A stretch of DNA of 63,483 nucleotides, counting the filler, from Klebsormidium nitens (Eukaryota; Plantae; Klebsormidiophyceae): assembly GCA_000708835.1 (NCBI GenBank). It is 4 parts of 4 records of this genome, joined end to end, with 100 filler letters (N's around TTAATTAATTAA, not from the genome) between each part and the next. Parts side by side here need not be neighbours in the genome. Positions count along the whole stretch, not along the records: positions 1 to 26,700 come from DF237827.1; 3 more parts are not named here. The stretch is one strand, 5' to 3'. Numbering within the stretch: position 1 is the first letter of the stretch; each line of letters starts with the position of its first letter. Both the position numbers and the translations under genes were made by a program. Under the pieces are notes generated by a model. The model worked only from the letters and a program-made list of their open reading frames with translations. It was not told where the DNA came from and did not search any database. Below are positions 1 through 12,553 of this stretch, piece by piece.

Positions 1-169
1 CCCGGCCGGTAACCTCGGCGGTCTACCACTAACCACACACTAGTGGACTAACCCTAGACTCTACCCGCGGCGCGCGCGCCAGGCTCGCAAGCCGGCCGCG
101 GCTCGCCCTATCGCCGCCACGTGGCACGTCTGCGCCACGTGTCGCTATCTGGACACTACCCGGCACGGA

Positions 170-340
170 CTGCCCTCGGCATGGCACTCTCCAGTAAGTG
201 GCTGCCCCCTTATCCAAAAAGGTTAGGGCCATGCCCACTCGCCGGTGAGGGTCACATGACCCAGAGTCGAGCCACTTCGTAACAGTGGCAAGCCAGTCCT
301 TAACATGGTATCTCTTATCCTCCCCTGTGATTTTAAATAT
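170..340 (-). pseudogene. Ty3/Gypsy-like gag (capsid) fragment
   Basis: Translation VKDWLATVTKWLDSGSCDPHRRVGMALTFLDKGAATYWR fits the retrotransposon gag W..A...L.G.A..W pattern; no pol or LTR seen. Confidence 0.4.
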
Positions 341-420
341 TAACGGCCTGACGGCCGGACCTTCAAGTAACAATAAAAGCGGGACTGGTCTCATTCTTGG
401 ATATCTTATAAGATCGCTTT

Positions 421-563
421 CGTCCTTAAAACTTAGCTTTACCCATTTCAGAGCGGCGGCGACATGAAAGACAGGCCGCTTGAGAATTCAGTACGTTTCG
501 TACTTAATGGTATACCTTTTCAGTACGGATTCGCCCTACTTGGCCGGGTCAAGGTTTATAGTG
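421..563. repeat. Dispersed repeat ending in a CACTA-type terminus (copy 1)
   Basis: Clearly similar to 37215-37368; both end in GGGTCAAGGTTTATAGTG (reverse complement CACTATAAACCTTGACCC). Confidence 0.65.
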
Positions 564-600
564 TATTCACCTGTTATTAATTCACAGGAAGATTTGCTCT

Positions 601-630
601 TTACAGCAGTTGGCCGGGCCACTGCTGTAA
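601..630. other. Perfect 10-bp stem hairpin
   Basis: TTACAGCAGT-tggccgggcc-ACTGCTGTAA. Confidence 0.8.
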
Positions 631-694
631 AGAGCCGGGGTACCTGGTCGGCTTATACCCCGGCTAAAATTCCCGGCTCAGCTGTGAGCCGACC

Positions 695-770
695 CAACCC
701 AGACTCACGGTCTACTTTGAGAAAACCTCTCAAAACAACAAGGCATTGATATCGATCGAAAGCTTCGTAA
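695..770 (+). repeat. Left terminal inverted repeat of KDZ element
   Basis: CAACCCAGACTCACGGTCTACTTTGAGAAAACC...GCTTCGTAA; reverse complement of 12478-12553 at 75/76. Confidence 0.9.
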
Positions 771-1053
771 ATCGTTCTTGGAATTTGAGGTTTTCTATCG
801 TATTCCGTGCGGCAAATTTGGGATTTTCATCCAAACTTCGCGGCCTTACTATGGTAAAAACCTTCAAAATATGTGATGAATGAAACACCCAAAATAGTTT
901 GAAATCTGAGCACGAAGCAGGAGTCGGGGCAGATCTGAGGCTCAGTAGCCACCAAGGCGGGCGGCTGCTTCCTTTCAAGCTGAAGAGGTGGAAAATACTG
1001 CCACACAGGAAGCATTGTTTATGAACAGCATGTAAGGTCAGAGCTGCTATGCT

Positions 1054-2872
1054 GTGATGGCTCTACTGGCTGCGTTAAAGTGCCCTTTAAAGGATTCTGG
1101 AAAGAGAGCTGTGGAGACCGCTGTCAAGAAGGTGGTCAAGGATTACAAGGTATTCTGCAAGGAGTACTATCAAGTTTCTCCAGCTGCAGAGAGCTGGAAA
1201 CAAGAGGGCTTCTTTAGCCTGAGCTTGTGTTTCACATCCCGTGTGAACGTTGGATACTTGATAATTTCAGTTTACCAGGGAATATGCAGTGAAACCAGTA
1301 CAATGGCAACGTCCGCTTTTGCTTCAGCGATAAAGCATGAGACATGGGCCAGCATTGCTTATGCACTTCTGGTAGGAGGTTTGGGGATGGCAGCTGAGAA
1401 AATTGAGAAGGGGACCTTCAAACTGGTGGGGAAGGAGCTGCGAAAGGTGTTGATGTCAGGCAAAGGGCACCTTCAGGCGTTCCTGCTGTCCTTACTTCAG
1501 AAGGAGGAGGACTTGCCTGCCAAGGTCAGTGCACAGTTGATGCATAAATGTCATGGCTCCCTTCTATTCTCTTACTTGTGCGTCGCATTAAATGTCATGG
1601 CTCCCTACTACTCTCTTACTTGTGCGTCATGATGTACACCTGCAATCTGGTACTATATGCAGCTTGCTCTGGTGCCCTTCTATCTGTCTTACCCTGCGTC
1701 AAAAGACAGATAGCTTTTTTGAAAAGCATGAAGTACTGGTTGATTGTGTGGAAAAGTAGGATTCTTGTGCCTCTGCAAGGCACCTTGCTTGGATACCTCT
1801 TGGTCTGGCGTCGCCTGCAAGTGCAAGGGCTCAAGCCCTTCGACTGGTTGCAGGAAATAGGGCCACGCAAGGGGTAGAAGCGGGATGCAGCAACAGAGGT
1901 AGATTGTGGGGATGCGGGTCCAGAAGGTCCTAAGAAGAAGGCCAGGTCAAAGGTGGGTTTCTGGCATGGCACCTGGATCTTCCATGAAGCGAAGTGGTCA
2001 AAGTTAGACAAGTATTGGAGTCCTTGGGGCACCCTAAAGCAACCTCTTATTCTTCGTACAGAACGTCCTTTCAATGTGAAACCATCACAACCTTGTAATC
2101 TGATGGTTGCGCATTACCAGCCTTCATTTACTCAATGAAGAATATTGCAGCTACAATTGCAGATCAGAAGCTTCCAGTCAGCGTCACTTGAGGCGTCTGC
2201 TTGCAGAAACGTTTTCATACATGCTTCCCCATTCCCTGTGCAGGAGCGTGCGAAGGGAAAGGTCCCCAGCAGCGTCGAAGAAATGCACGAACCGAAGGCT
2301 CCTGAAACTGCAGGTGAGAGGGTCCAGTGTAACAAAAAAAATTGGCTGTTACATATGCTACCGCTTCATACTGTAGGTTAGAAGGGGCAGTTCTCATTTC
2401 TTGCAACTTGTTGATATCTGTCCTTCATAACTCTGGTTTGTCGGATCATACGATCAACAGTACTGCCCACACATTCCACAAAAAGAGTGATAGGTGTCCT
2501 GCCTATGTTGCTGCATCGGTGACCTTAGGGAACCAGATATAAACAACCAAGCCTGGACGTTTCGGGTCATGAGGGTTCAGGGCTTCGATTGTTCAGGATC
2601 AGACTTTCCTGGCACAAGTCATCGACCAACCACGTTCCTAGAGTCTCATATATCTAAGACTTTTGCAAGACTGGAATTACGGTTTTGGACGTGTGAAGTG
2701 CCGCCCTTGCATTCCTCACAGAGCCTACTTCTTTACTTTCACCTGAGCTCCTAAGCGGACATGGCATCGATGGATGCAGGACCTGGGGACCAACAGGCGG
2801 AGACCAGGTCTGCTGTGCGAAAGCCGGGCCCTTCACTTGAGACTGACGACGAGGAAATTGACGCAGAGGCAG
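1054..2872 (+). CDS. Possible multi-exon hypothetical cargo gene inside KDZ element
   Basis: Protein-like ORF pieces (LKDSGKRAVETAVKKVVKDYK; AEKIEKGTFKLVGKELRK; LETDDEEIDAEA|GTAAG) bounded by splice-like sites; exon structure unresolved, no family recognised. Confidence 0.3.
1545..1628. repeat. 44-bp tandem duplication
   Basis: TAAATGTCATGGCTCCCT..CTCTTACTTGTGCGTC twice, probably intronic. Confidence 0.8.
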
Positions 2873-3987
2873 GTAAGTTTCACTTCAGGGACAGTGCTGA
2901 TCTGGTTGATAGGTAGCCATGAAGCACTTGGAGGGGCCATCTTTCCGTAAAATCCCCATTTTATGAAGTGCTAGTTAGCAGAAGAGCTGACGCTGCAAGC
3001 CCACTGCGGAATGAGCGCTCATAATACTGGATTTGATGGAATAGGGAGCTGACGAAGCAGTCTACCAGCTCCATGAACTGCACCATTTGAATGATTCGAC
3101 CAGACTTGGGAAGTGCATCGTGCAATAGAAGCCCGTCCAAATAGTTGGAATGCTGTAATCGACGATCTGATGGTTTATTGTTACTGTTCGCAGATCCCCG
3201 AAAAGCACAGAGCAGCTCACCAACGCCAACGCCCTCAAAACGCAACGCTTCGAGTGAGTTCGATCTGCTGAAAGTTCCTTCTTCGTTTCACAACAGCTTT
3301 CTACTGCCTCAGCGTCAACGAATCTTTTACGAGCGGAAGTTTCTTGCCAAGAAATCCGCTTTCGCCCACCTCATCTAGCATGCATGCGACTAACTTCTTT
3401 GTGAGCGGGCTCACTGATTAGCTGAGCCATCATTTCAGGATCTGCGATGTGCTTCACAAGTTTCCTAAACCAGATTGATGTGGTGCCGCCACCTTTTGAT
3501 GTGTCGCTATGTCGAACCTGTTTGTGTTTCCTCCTAAGTCTGGGAAATTTCTTTCGGGCCCCATCGTCCCTGTAAGCCAGAGAACGACGTTTTGTGTGCT
3601 CTTGATCAACATCGGGTTCAATTTGTCCTCATTAATCGCTTCACGTCACCCAAAACGGAAAGAAAGCGGAAATTAGGCGCACGCGTTCAGAAATTTTCAA
3701 CCGCTACACAAATTTACACCGTAACAAAGTTGTACAGGTCCGCTATGAAGCCTTTAAATTGTCTGAAACCTGACATAAGGATCTTGGTTATTTGCTCGTA
3801 GGAACAACATTGTCGTGCCAACGGGTGTAGTACCGATTCTCCACAACTGTTACGAGGGTGTAATCTAGCCCCCATATCATCGAGATGGGGTCTTTCGGAT
3901 GCTACAGGAAAGACCCAGCTCTCTTTTTGACAGATTTGAAGCAGGTTTACTATACTCCCAGTTGACATCTCTTCTTATCTTCGTTTG

Positions 3988-5859
3988 TAGCCGCGGCAGG
4001 GGAGAACGTTGCGGCAAACGTTGAGGCCGGACCACAGACGGTGTCCGGCAGGGCCACAGAGAAGCCTCCGACGGGTCCAGTCCCGACCGTGCGGCTTCCA
4101 AACAGTCCGCCGGTACAATCGCGAGCACGGCAAGCCTCGGCCGCAGTAGGTGAGCGCTGGTCCCAAGCTTCGGGAGCGGGTGACAGCCAGTTTGACGAAA
4201 ACAGCCTTCATGTGCATGCGAGGACTAAGCCGAGCACTCACCTCAGTCGGTGGCCTGTTGTTTCCTGCTTTGTCTAGTAAAAGCTCATATCTTGTGTGAC
4301 TCCCTTCAACCTCGGTTGGCCCGGAGGTTCCGTCGCAACCGTTCTCAAGCGGGCTTTCTCCTTGGTACTCTGTCTCGCGACGACACTCCATTGCTCATGC
4401 CATGATGGCACTGAGAGTCTCAGGAATTGTAACCCTTGCAGACGGCGCCGGCACTGCGTCCCCCTCAAGGGATACTACATCACCGGCCAGGAAAGAGGGC
4501 ACCCCCCAGCGATCCCGAGAACGGCCACCCCTCAGTCCTGGTGTTGGAGTCGAGAGGCGGATGTCGCCCCGGTCGAAGGGGCCTGCTCAGCAGCCGGCCT
4601 CCCCAACCCCCAGCAGGTCGTCATCCAAGAGGACGCCACTGAAGAAAGGCGATGGAAAGACTGGTAAGTTCACTGCTTGATGCGCCTTTTTGAAGACGCG
4701 AGTCGAAGTTCAAGCGGAGCTGCGCTGTCGTTTGATTCGGTCTTACAATTTTGCTCAGACCGCCGCCAACGATTGGTAAGCAGCGCTATACTTTAGGACG
4801 TTCGTCCGGTTTGTGAGTCTTGTTAGACGTACTTTTTGCTTGATTAAACGAACTTGTCTGCTCCAGTGCAAGCTTCTGGTCGGAGCATCGTCCGAAACCT
4901 TGGACCGATAGCGCTCACTGCCCAAAGCCTAAGCGAACGCTTTGAAACGTTGCGAATCTACATGCTCTCGTTGCTGACCCGCCAATTTTCGAGGGCCGCT
5001 TACGACGGTGAAAGGGCAGGTCACAATATCAAGATTCATGAACTTCTGTCTTTCACTCTAGGACCCAAGGAGCGAGGCGGTTTCAATCGGAAGGAGGCGT
5101 TGTCGAAGATGTCCCCCACCTCTCGGAAGCAGATCATGAAGAAGCAATGTGAAGATTGTGACACGTGGAACGGGATTAGGGCGAAGAAGTGTTCAAACGA
5201 GGAATGCGGGGTAGAACTAGGAAACAAGGCCGCAGAAAAGAGGGCGGCCGCTCTTCAGAAAAAGCTAGCAACGAGGGTAAGTCATAAGAAGGCGTGGGAT
5301 CAGCTCACGTTAGCCGCTCAGGTGCTGGAAAACTCAAAACCGACAGGAGCTCGGATTTCAGTCTTGGTCATGAAAAAAGGTGAAACGGTCAACTCGGTAC
5401 AAACCTTCGGGTTGGGAGGAGGCCAGCGCTTTGTTAGCAGTAAGAGGGTACAGGATGCGTTTCATAACCTCCATGCGAGAAGAGATTTCGGAGGAAGCAA
5501 AGGCCCGGAGAGCAGCCGAAAAGCCTGCCCGAGATGCTGCCAAAAATCCCACCCCGGTACAACAGACTTCTGACGAACGTGCGCAAGCACGTAACGCGGC
5601 AAGGGGCCCAGCAACCAACGCAAGTGCTGAGCCGGTCGGGAACGGGGTGTCTCACTCAGGGCAGACACTCGAGTCCGTTGTCTACAGTCTGGATCAAATA
5701 TCTGATGCAAACAAGAAGGAGATGATGTCTTGTCTAGAGAAGGAGGAGTTCGATTTGCAGACCGCAAAGGAAACGACAGCAACCGAGTTTAAAGTGGAGT
5801 TCCCCGACATTCCGTTTGCTCGTTGGAAGGCTCTTGAAGCACGGTTGAGTAAATTATGA
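3988..5859 (+). CDS. Multi-exon cargo gene: low-complexity N-terminus, treble-clef zinc finger (C2orf42/zf-tcix-like), C-terminal SAM-like domain
   Basis: Last exon from AG at 5060-5061; CEDCDTWNGIRAKKCSNEECG has CxxCxT[YW]NGxRxxxCxNxxCG spacing; C-terminus LEKEEFDLQTAKETTATEFKVEFPDIPFARWKALEARL is SAM-like; 1-nt frameshift at TTT 5460-5462 (possible homopolymer error). Confidence 0.55.
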
Positions 5860-6027
5860 GGACGGACTTGGGATGGTTGTACTCTTCTTGTAGTGTGTTT
5901 CTCCATCCTGTCTAAGTTGTTCATAAAGCGTTGCAATTGAAAGAAATCAAGAGTTGCAGAGAAGCTTCAAGATCGGACCCATAGCAGCATATGTGCAATT
6001 GTTGCAATGAACCAATCAGCAGTGACC

Positions 6028-6053
6028 GATATGATATGATATCATATCATATC
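6028..6053. repeat. Perfect 26-bp palindrome
   Basis: GATATGATATGATATCATATCATATC equals its own reverse complement. Confidence 0.9.
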
Positions 6054-7109
6054 ATATATCTTCACTTTGAATGTCATTACATAGCAACAGTGACGTTCGG
6101 CTTAAAGAGAGGTCTTCTCTGGATATTGTGAAATGAAGTTAATCTCGTTGAACTAACTCGGAACCGTTTTAGTTTTGAACGATGTTCATCATATCATGAA
6201 CGATGCACCAATGATGGCTTCCGCTGCGTCACATCTGAGTCCAATATTTCGGCGCGCTGCAAACGGGCATTTGGATATTGACAATTGGCTTGATATGGGT
6301 TCATGACATAAGCCGGCAAGACATTGCGTTCTTGGTAGCCACTCGGGTCGCTACAACAATTAGTGTCGGACTGGGTGAATGATGACGGTCAAACTGTTTG
6401 GCATTCAGAACCGTGAAATACATACGGCTAGGGGTATATTGCGCAATCGCTTGCACATAAATGTTTTATCATGCAACAACGTAACCAGCTTGATAACCGT
6501 CAATAAAATATATGGTTGACATACTATACTGGGCCCGGCCAATTGCCAGCATGCTTGACGGGGGCTTGACGTAACATGTACGGTATGTGCATGACTTGCA
6601 ATTTTCAAGGTCGGAAGCTACCACTACTGTGATGCTGTAGATATAACAAAATGCTTGGTTGGCGCGACCCGGCACGCGCAAGCATGCGCATGAAAGAAGT
6701 ACGTTTTGACGTACCAACTCGTTCATTCATTTGCAGATGCACCGGGGCCGGCCAACACGCTGCCTAGTATGTATACATGCCATGTGGCACTGCATGGATA
6801 TTGGCTTAATGACATCTGACTAGACACAGATGACTCAAGGTGGTACGGTACAGGCTTGCCGGTGCGCCGCGCGGGGGGCCCATATTTGCAACGATGTGAA
6901 TATAAGCGAACGGTCTGATGATGAAGACGGTTGCAACTAACCTACCATTTCAAGTTTTACAAGGATGTCAGAAACCGACGAATAGTACTGTCGAAGAAAA
7001 AATGTTCAAAACGGTGCAATGATGCATGGCCGGCGACTTCGCAACTTGAAGTGACTTCTTGTTGATCGCTGTTTCGCCAATAGGCAATGAGAATAACGAC
7101 TTGTTCAAT

Positions 7110-10100
7110 TTAATACTCTTCATCATCGGCTTCAACAAAAGGATCCGGCTGCCCTAAAAAAGAGTCTGTCCTGCTTTTCGGCCATGGCAACCCTTGTCCC
7201 CCTGCACCTTGTTGGAAATGTAAACGACCTTTCCTAAGTTGTCTTTCGGCCTCGATGTGTGCTTTCCACAACCGAGCGATAGTACCCTCGATCAAGTCTC
7301 TTTCGCTTGCTATATCGAAGTCGACAACGGAGTATCTACCTGTCACCTCTGGTGCACTAGCATCTTCAGGTTGTTGTGGCCTAGTCTCAGGTGCTTCGGA
7401 CAGTTGCTCGTTCCATGACTTAATCCTCGCCTCTAGTTCGCTCTTGCAGGCCGTGTAAAACGATAAATAACTCCGTTGCTCTCGTAATAGTAAATCGCTT
7501 TCCTCCCTCAGCCTTCTCACCTTGTTGAAGGCCTCGACCAACTCGTACTTCTGCTTAAACCGAAAAGTTCTGTGCACTCCCGAGCTTACTTCTAGCTGAA
7601 CGTCGAGACACCGATCAAACTGCCACGGGAGCTCGCTACCGGACAACAGGTCTTCTAGAACAGCCGGCTGCCGTTGAGAAGGACCTTCGACCTGGACTTT
7701 TGGTAGGATGGTATTGTACCGTTCGACAACCTTTCCTAGCTGTTTTTTTACTACCGCTTCTTTCTTCCTGAGGGCTGATCGCATGGTCGAGGAGTCAGCT
7801 TCACTAGTCACTCGCAAACGGAGCTTCTCTAAACTATGCAGCATGCCCTCCATCTCTTCTTGTAACGCGTGCACAGTTTCCTCGGCTAGCGTAGCACGGC
7901 TGCGAGCTTCAAGTATCATCAACTCTTCTACTCCTACCGGTTGCCCCCGCAGCTCGGGAAACAAATGTTTCTCTAGTTCTCTAACATTCCGAGCTTTTGC
8001 ATCTCGGCCCTTCAACATTTCCTCGGTTGCGCAACTAAGATTCTGCAGGGTTTCCGAACATAAGGCACTATCTTTGAAAGCCTCAGAGTTCACGAACGGG
8101 GAGATGCTGTCAGCGCTTTCCACCTCGCGCTTGAGCACAAAGTACTGGACGGCGAGGGAGCCCTTGGTTCTTCGGGAGTCGCGAAGTTGCGCCTCTGCAA
8201 CCTCGCGAATCTCGTTCTTCCACCCCTCGAGCTTTTCCGTTGGTACCGCCCCAGCACTCGTGCCAAAAATGTCCCGGCACGCGGTCTCGAAGGCGACCAC
8301 GGCGGACTCGATCCTCTTCTGACATTCCAGGAACCTGCATACGACATGATCTCACCATTATGAAACGTACGTGACACTATGCTGATCAGCCATCTGCATA
8401 TGTTGTGACTTGGCCACTCAGTATTTCAAAGTACAATCACCATGTGCCCATTCCTTCTCGAGTAAGGTGTTCGGAAAAGGACAGAACTTTCAGTTCTCAG
8501 TTTCTCCCGACGATCAACGTCTGGTGAGGCTTTCGAGTTATTCACACCACAAGCTTAACCAACGATACTTCCAACGCCTGGTTTTTGCAACGATTTCACT
8601 TCTCTAGATCAGGAACAGACAACTTCTTCACCTACAACGAGGGCACCCGGACGACATGCAAATTTTGTAGCTAGTCGCGCAAAAAACGCCTAGGATGAAC
8701 TTCCAACGACCGTTCTAGCTTTCTAAACCAAATCCGATGATTATCCGTTCTCGACCTTTCTTGAATGCACACTCGCTCTTCCTGATAAGGCATTTGACGA
8801 CAGTCACCTGTTCACTAGGGACCGAGCAAGGTCACGGGCCTTCGCCTCGTTCCAGTGAAGCACCGCTTCAGTGATGGCGTCCACCCTCCCTGCGTGTAAA
8901 GGAGGATACACAATTCGCAGCTGCACCTTTAAGATGACGCCGTTAAGAGCGATCAAAGCTTGATGCACGAAAGGAATCAGATTCGCGGCAACAACTACCG
9001 CCGCAGCACCCGCATCTCAGCTTGGAAGAACGTGCATCAGCAAAAAGTTCATTTCATATTTAGTGGGCCCAAGCGGCAATCTCGGGTGATGATAAAGGCT
9101 GCCTACCAGACAAAGCGTGCATCGCTCCAACCAGAAATTTTGAGAACGACAACAGCTTTCGATCAGAAATCTTCGCCTTACTTGCGGGACCCATAACTTT
9201 CGTGATTACTCCGAGTCGAGAAAGGTAGGAGAACAGCAGCTCCATGTCTTCTCCCGCACCCGCAGCTGCACCTTCCTGCCAATGTCCTCCAAACAGCACC
9301 TGCGGAAGCAAAAAATGTACGCACACGTGTGACTGCAAATAGTTAAGCAACCCCTACAAAACAGCGGAGCATACGAAAGTGGCAGGACAAGCGTCGAAGT
9401 ACACGTGAACAACAGTGTGAACGGCGGGTGCAAGCACGGAAGAAAGAATTGACAGTACCAATAGCATTCGAAGTGGGACCCCTTGAACAATCGCCCACTG
9501 AGAAGCAGTGCGGAATGGGCTAAAGTAAATAGCAGAGAAGTCTAACCTGGCCCGGAAAGAGGTTATTTGCCGCCCACGCTGTGTGAGTTGCCTGCATGTT
9601 ACATCCCCGACACAAGACCAGACGAGGACCAGACGACTCACAACCACTCTTCTAGTCAGTAGAAACTACTGAGCATTTGCGTTTTTCTTTTGTTTCGTGG
9701 TGATCCGAGTAACGCAACTGACGGGGAGATACATACCTAGGGAAAAGCGAAGCTGGGATCAATACGAAAGATGATTGTCCAGAACAACCCTTCCGCAGAC
9801 CTTCTGTACTCTGTATAACAGCGACCTTCGCTTTGACAGACCTTCTGTACTCTGTATACCAGCAACCTTCGCTTCGACAGACCCATCACTACAATCGTCA
9901 GACTACACTCAAGCTGAAGTATGGCAACATGATTAACACAGAGCAATTGGAAAACTTTCCTCCAGACTTTTGAAGAGTTTGCACATAACTCATCTGGCAC
10001 TGCCAAGAGTGGAGTTTGCCATGCATGAGGTTCAGCGCGGGCTTGAGACCGCCTCCGGAGCCATGATTCATGGCCTCTAGCGTCTTCTCCCGCCACACCC

Positions 10101-12230
10101 AATACTTGCACACTATATCCTGCCACTGAAACTCAACCCCCGTTGGTTGCATGAAGTTGCGGTCCAAGTAGTACGCATTAGCGTACCGCTCCCCCATCTG
10201 GATAATGTTCACAGCCCGCTGCGCAAAAACATGCCGACAACCGCACACCGTGCACCCCGTTTCGTCTTGCCCGCGGATGGCGCTCTTCGAATCCCTTGCC
10301 GCTTTCCAATCACCCGCTCCACACGCCCTGTCCGGCCTCTCAATACCCCGCGCCTCGTCTATGGCCTTAATGCTCGCTTGCACCTCAGCGTCTGAAGAGA
10401 AGAAAAGCTTCTCGTAGTATGACTTGCGACTGGGATCGTACGCGCGTGCCCATCGGTACAGCTTCCGGTTGCTGTCCACCGCGCATGAGTGCTGCTTCGC
10501 CCAACAGGCAGGGCAGACAAGGCCAGATTGTAGAGCGGCGGGGTACTTGGCGCTGTGCTGCGCCATCTTGAATTCCCCAAAGGCGGTCGTCATCGTGTGA
10601 CGGTTGATGCTGGGCACCTGATTCAATTAAAATGAAGAAGTTCATCCCAAGATGCCCTCACAACTGGACTCGCCTGACAATGATTCAAGGATACTGGAAT
10701 CCAAGATACAAAAGAGCGCTAGCAAACAGGCAATTGTGCCCCAGGTTCGATACTGGATTGCAGGTCCATGTCACGAGACAAGTAGCGAAGCTCAGTCGAA
10801 CAGCAAACCAGATCTCCTTCAGAAGCCCTCACATCCATAGGGCTTCGGTTACAGAACGCAAGCTTCTGACTGCAGCGTCTAGCAACAACCGATTACATCT
10901 AGTTGCAGGAACCATGAACCCATCCCTTCTTATGTTTGCCACTGCAAGCCAGACATCTCCTTGAAAGCCGTTCCATTGAAAAGCAGCCAACGAGCTGACT
11001 TCCGTACTTTCTTTCACATACTGCATGGGCACAGACATAAAAAGAAGAGAGCGCAAGCAGTACATACTGGGACAAAGGCTGAACCTGCCTTACTCTTCCA
11101 TGATCGCGAGAGATGCCTTCCAAGACTTTCACGAGCGCTGTCATGGAAGCGCCGGGCTGGTCTTTGCTCATCTTTCCCCAAAACTCGAGAAGCGCGGTAT
11201 CATACATCGTTCTACAGTCGGACACCGTTCCTGGCCAGGCCCCCAGGTCAATAGCATCGAGTGAGCCCTGCTCATGTGACCCTCCGCAGCCCGCAGTCTG
11301 GCAAAGGAATGCCGCCCTCACAAAATCAAACCTCCCGGCTAAAGTGACAACTGTGAGTGGCTTATTAGTGGGGCGAGCTGCTCCCCAGAAGCACATGCCG
11401 CAGCCAGCGCAAGCTGCAGTGGGAGGCTTGGCAAAGACCTTGACGCTGCGCACCAGCTTCCCATTCTGCACCTCAGAATCGGGGCCAATTGGCTGCCAGC
11501 ATTGGCCCTCTAGCGTAAGATATTCACGGCGGTGGAAGTGAGCGTGCGGGTGCAGCAGATGATCGCACGCGGAACACGTTGGCTGACCTTGAGTGCAGTC
11601 AAAGCACCTCACTGCTTGCAGCCCTGCGCATCCCGGTGTGCTGCACTTTTCTTTACAAGCCCCAGGTCCCGCAGCTTGACGACGCAGCAATGACGCTGCG
11701 AAGAGATGCCGACTCTGCTCCCACTCTCTCAACTCCCTTTCAGTCCTGCGTGACCAATTGGGGTTCCGTTTAGCTTGTTCAGCAGTCTCCTCATCGTCGT
11801 AGAGGTCCTCCTCAAACTCTTCAACAAGATCCTCATCCCAACCAGTGAAACCACCCCCGCCAAAGTCCTCCCTAACCCCGCTGCCAAGGCTGTCTCTCCG
11901 AGCATCTGCAGGCCCCTCGCGCTCTCGCTCCCTGTCTCCCTGCCCACCGCTCTCAGCCCGTGGCTTTTGCGGCCGCGGGGCTTGCTCACTAGGTAACCGC
12001 TCCCCTCGTTCATCATACTGATAGACCGGAGGAGCGCGCGGTCCTCGGTCCCTTCCAGAGCCTTCAGCTGCTCCGCCCTCAGATGGGTCATCTAGCAATG
12101 ACCCAGAATGGTGACTCTCTGCTCCAGAGTCGCCGCTGAGTACCTCATCAAACCCTCCACCTGGAAAGCCTAAGCTGTCTGAACTGTCAGATTCCCGGCT
12201 TCTCTTGCGAGAATCCGAGGAGTCCGCCAT
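7110..12230 (-). CDS. KDZ transposase with CxC cysteine clusters, 5 exons (12230-11094, 10617-9994, 9299-9182, 8889-8808, 8334-7110), ~1061 aa; intron-2 donor is non-canonical
   Basis: CFDC..CSACD..H..HFH; CPAC..AVDSNRKL; DETG..CGCRH..GERY..QDIVCKY; HGKLHSWQCQ|VLFGG..AGEDMELLFSYL; RVDAITEAVLHWN. Intron phases are mutually consistent. Confidence 0.88.
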
Positions 12231-12477
12231 ACTGAAAAGATCGGGGCTACTAGGATATCCCACAGGCAAGAAGGATGTGCAAACAGGAGCTTTACCAGCA
12301 GATTGCGTCCTCCCTGGCTAGCTTGCTGCTCAAAGACTGAAACGGTGTTGGTCTCGTCCAGGACTGGCAGGAGGAAGGTTTTGGAGATTTTCTCCAAAAT
12401 CGTTGCTTTCGGTTTGACTAAAAGTTTCGTATTGGCAAGTCGAAATTTGATCGAATCTTCCAAAACCGGGATCAGAC

Positions 12478-12553
12478 TTACGAAGCTTTCGATCGATATC
12501 ACTGCCTTGTTGTTTTGAGAGGTTTTCTCAAAGTAGACCGTGAGTCTGGGTTG
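12478..12553 (-). repeat. Right terminal inverted repeat of KDZ element
   Basis: Reverse complement of 695-770. Confidence 0.9.

Larger units (their letters stand above)
695..12553 (-). mobile_element. Complete KDZ (Kyakuja-Dileera-Zisupton)-type DNA transposon, 11,859 bp
   Basis: 76-bp TIRs with 1 mismatch, flanking 7-bp direct repeat GCCGACC (688-694, 12554-12560), internal KDZ transposase. Confidence 0.85.
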
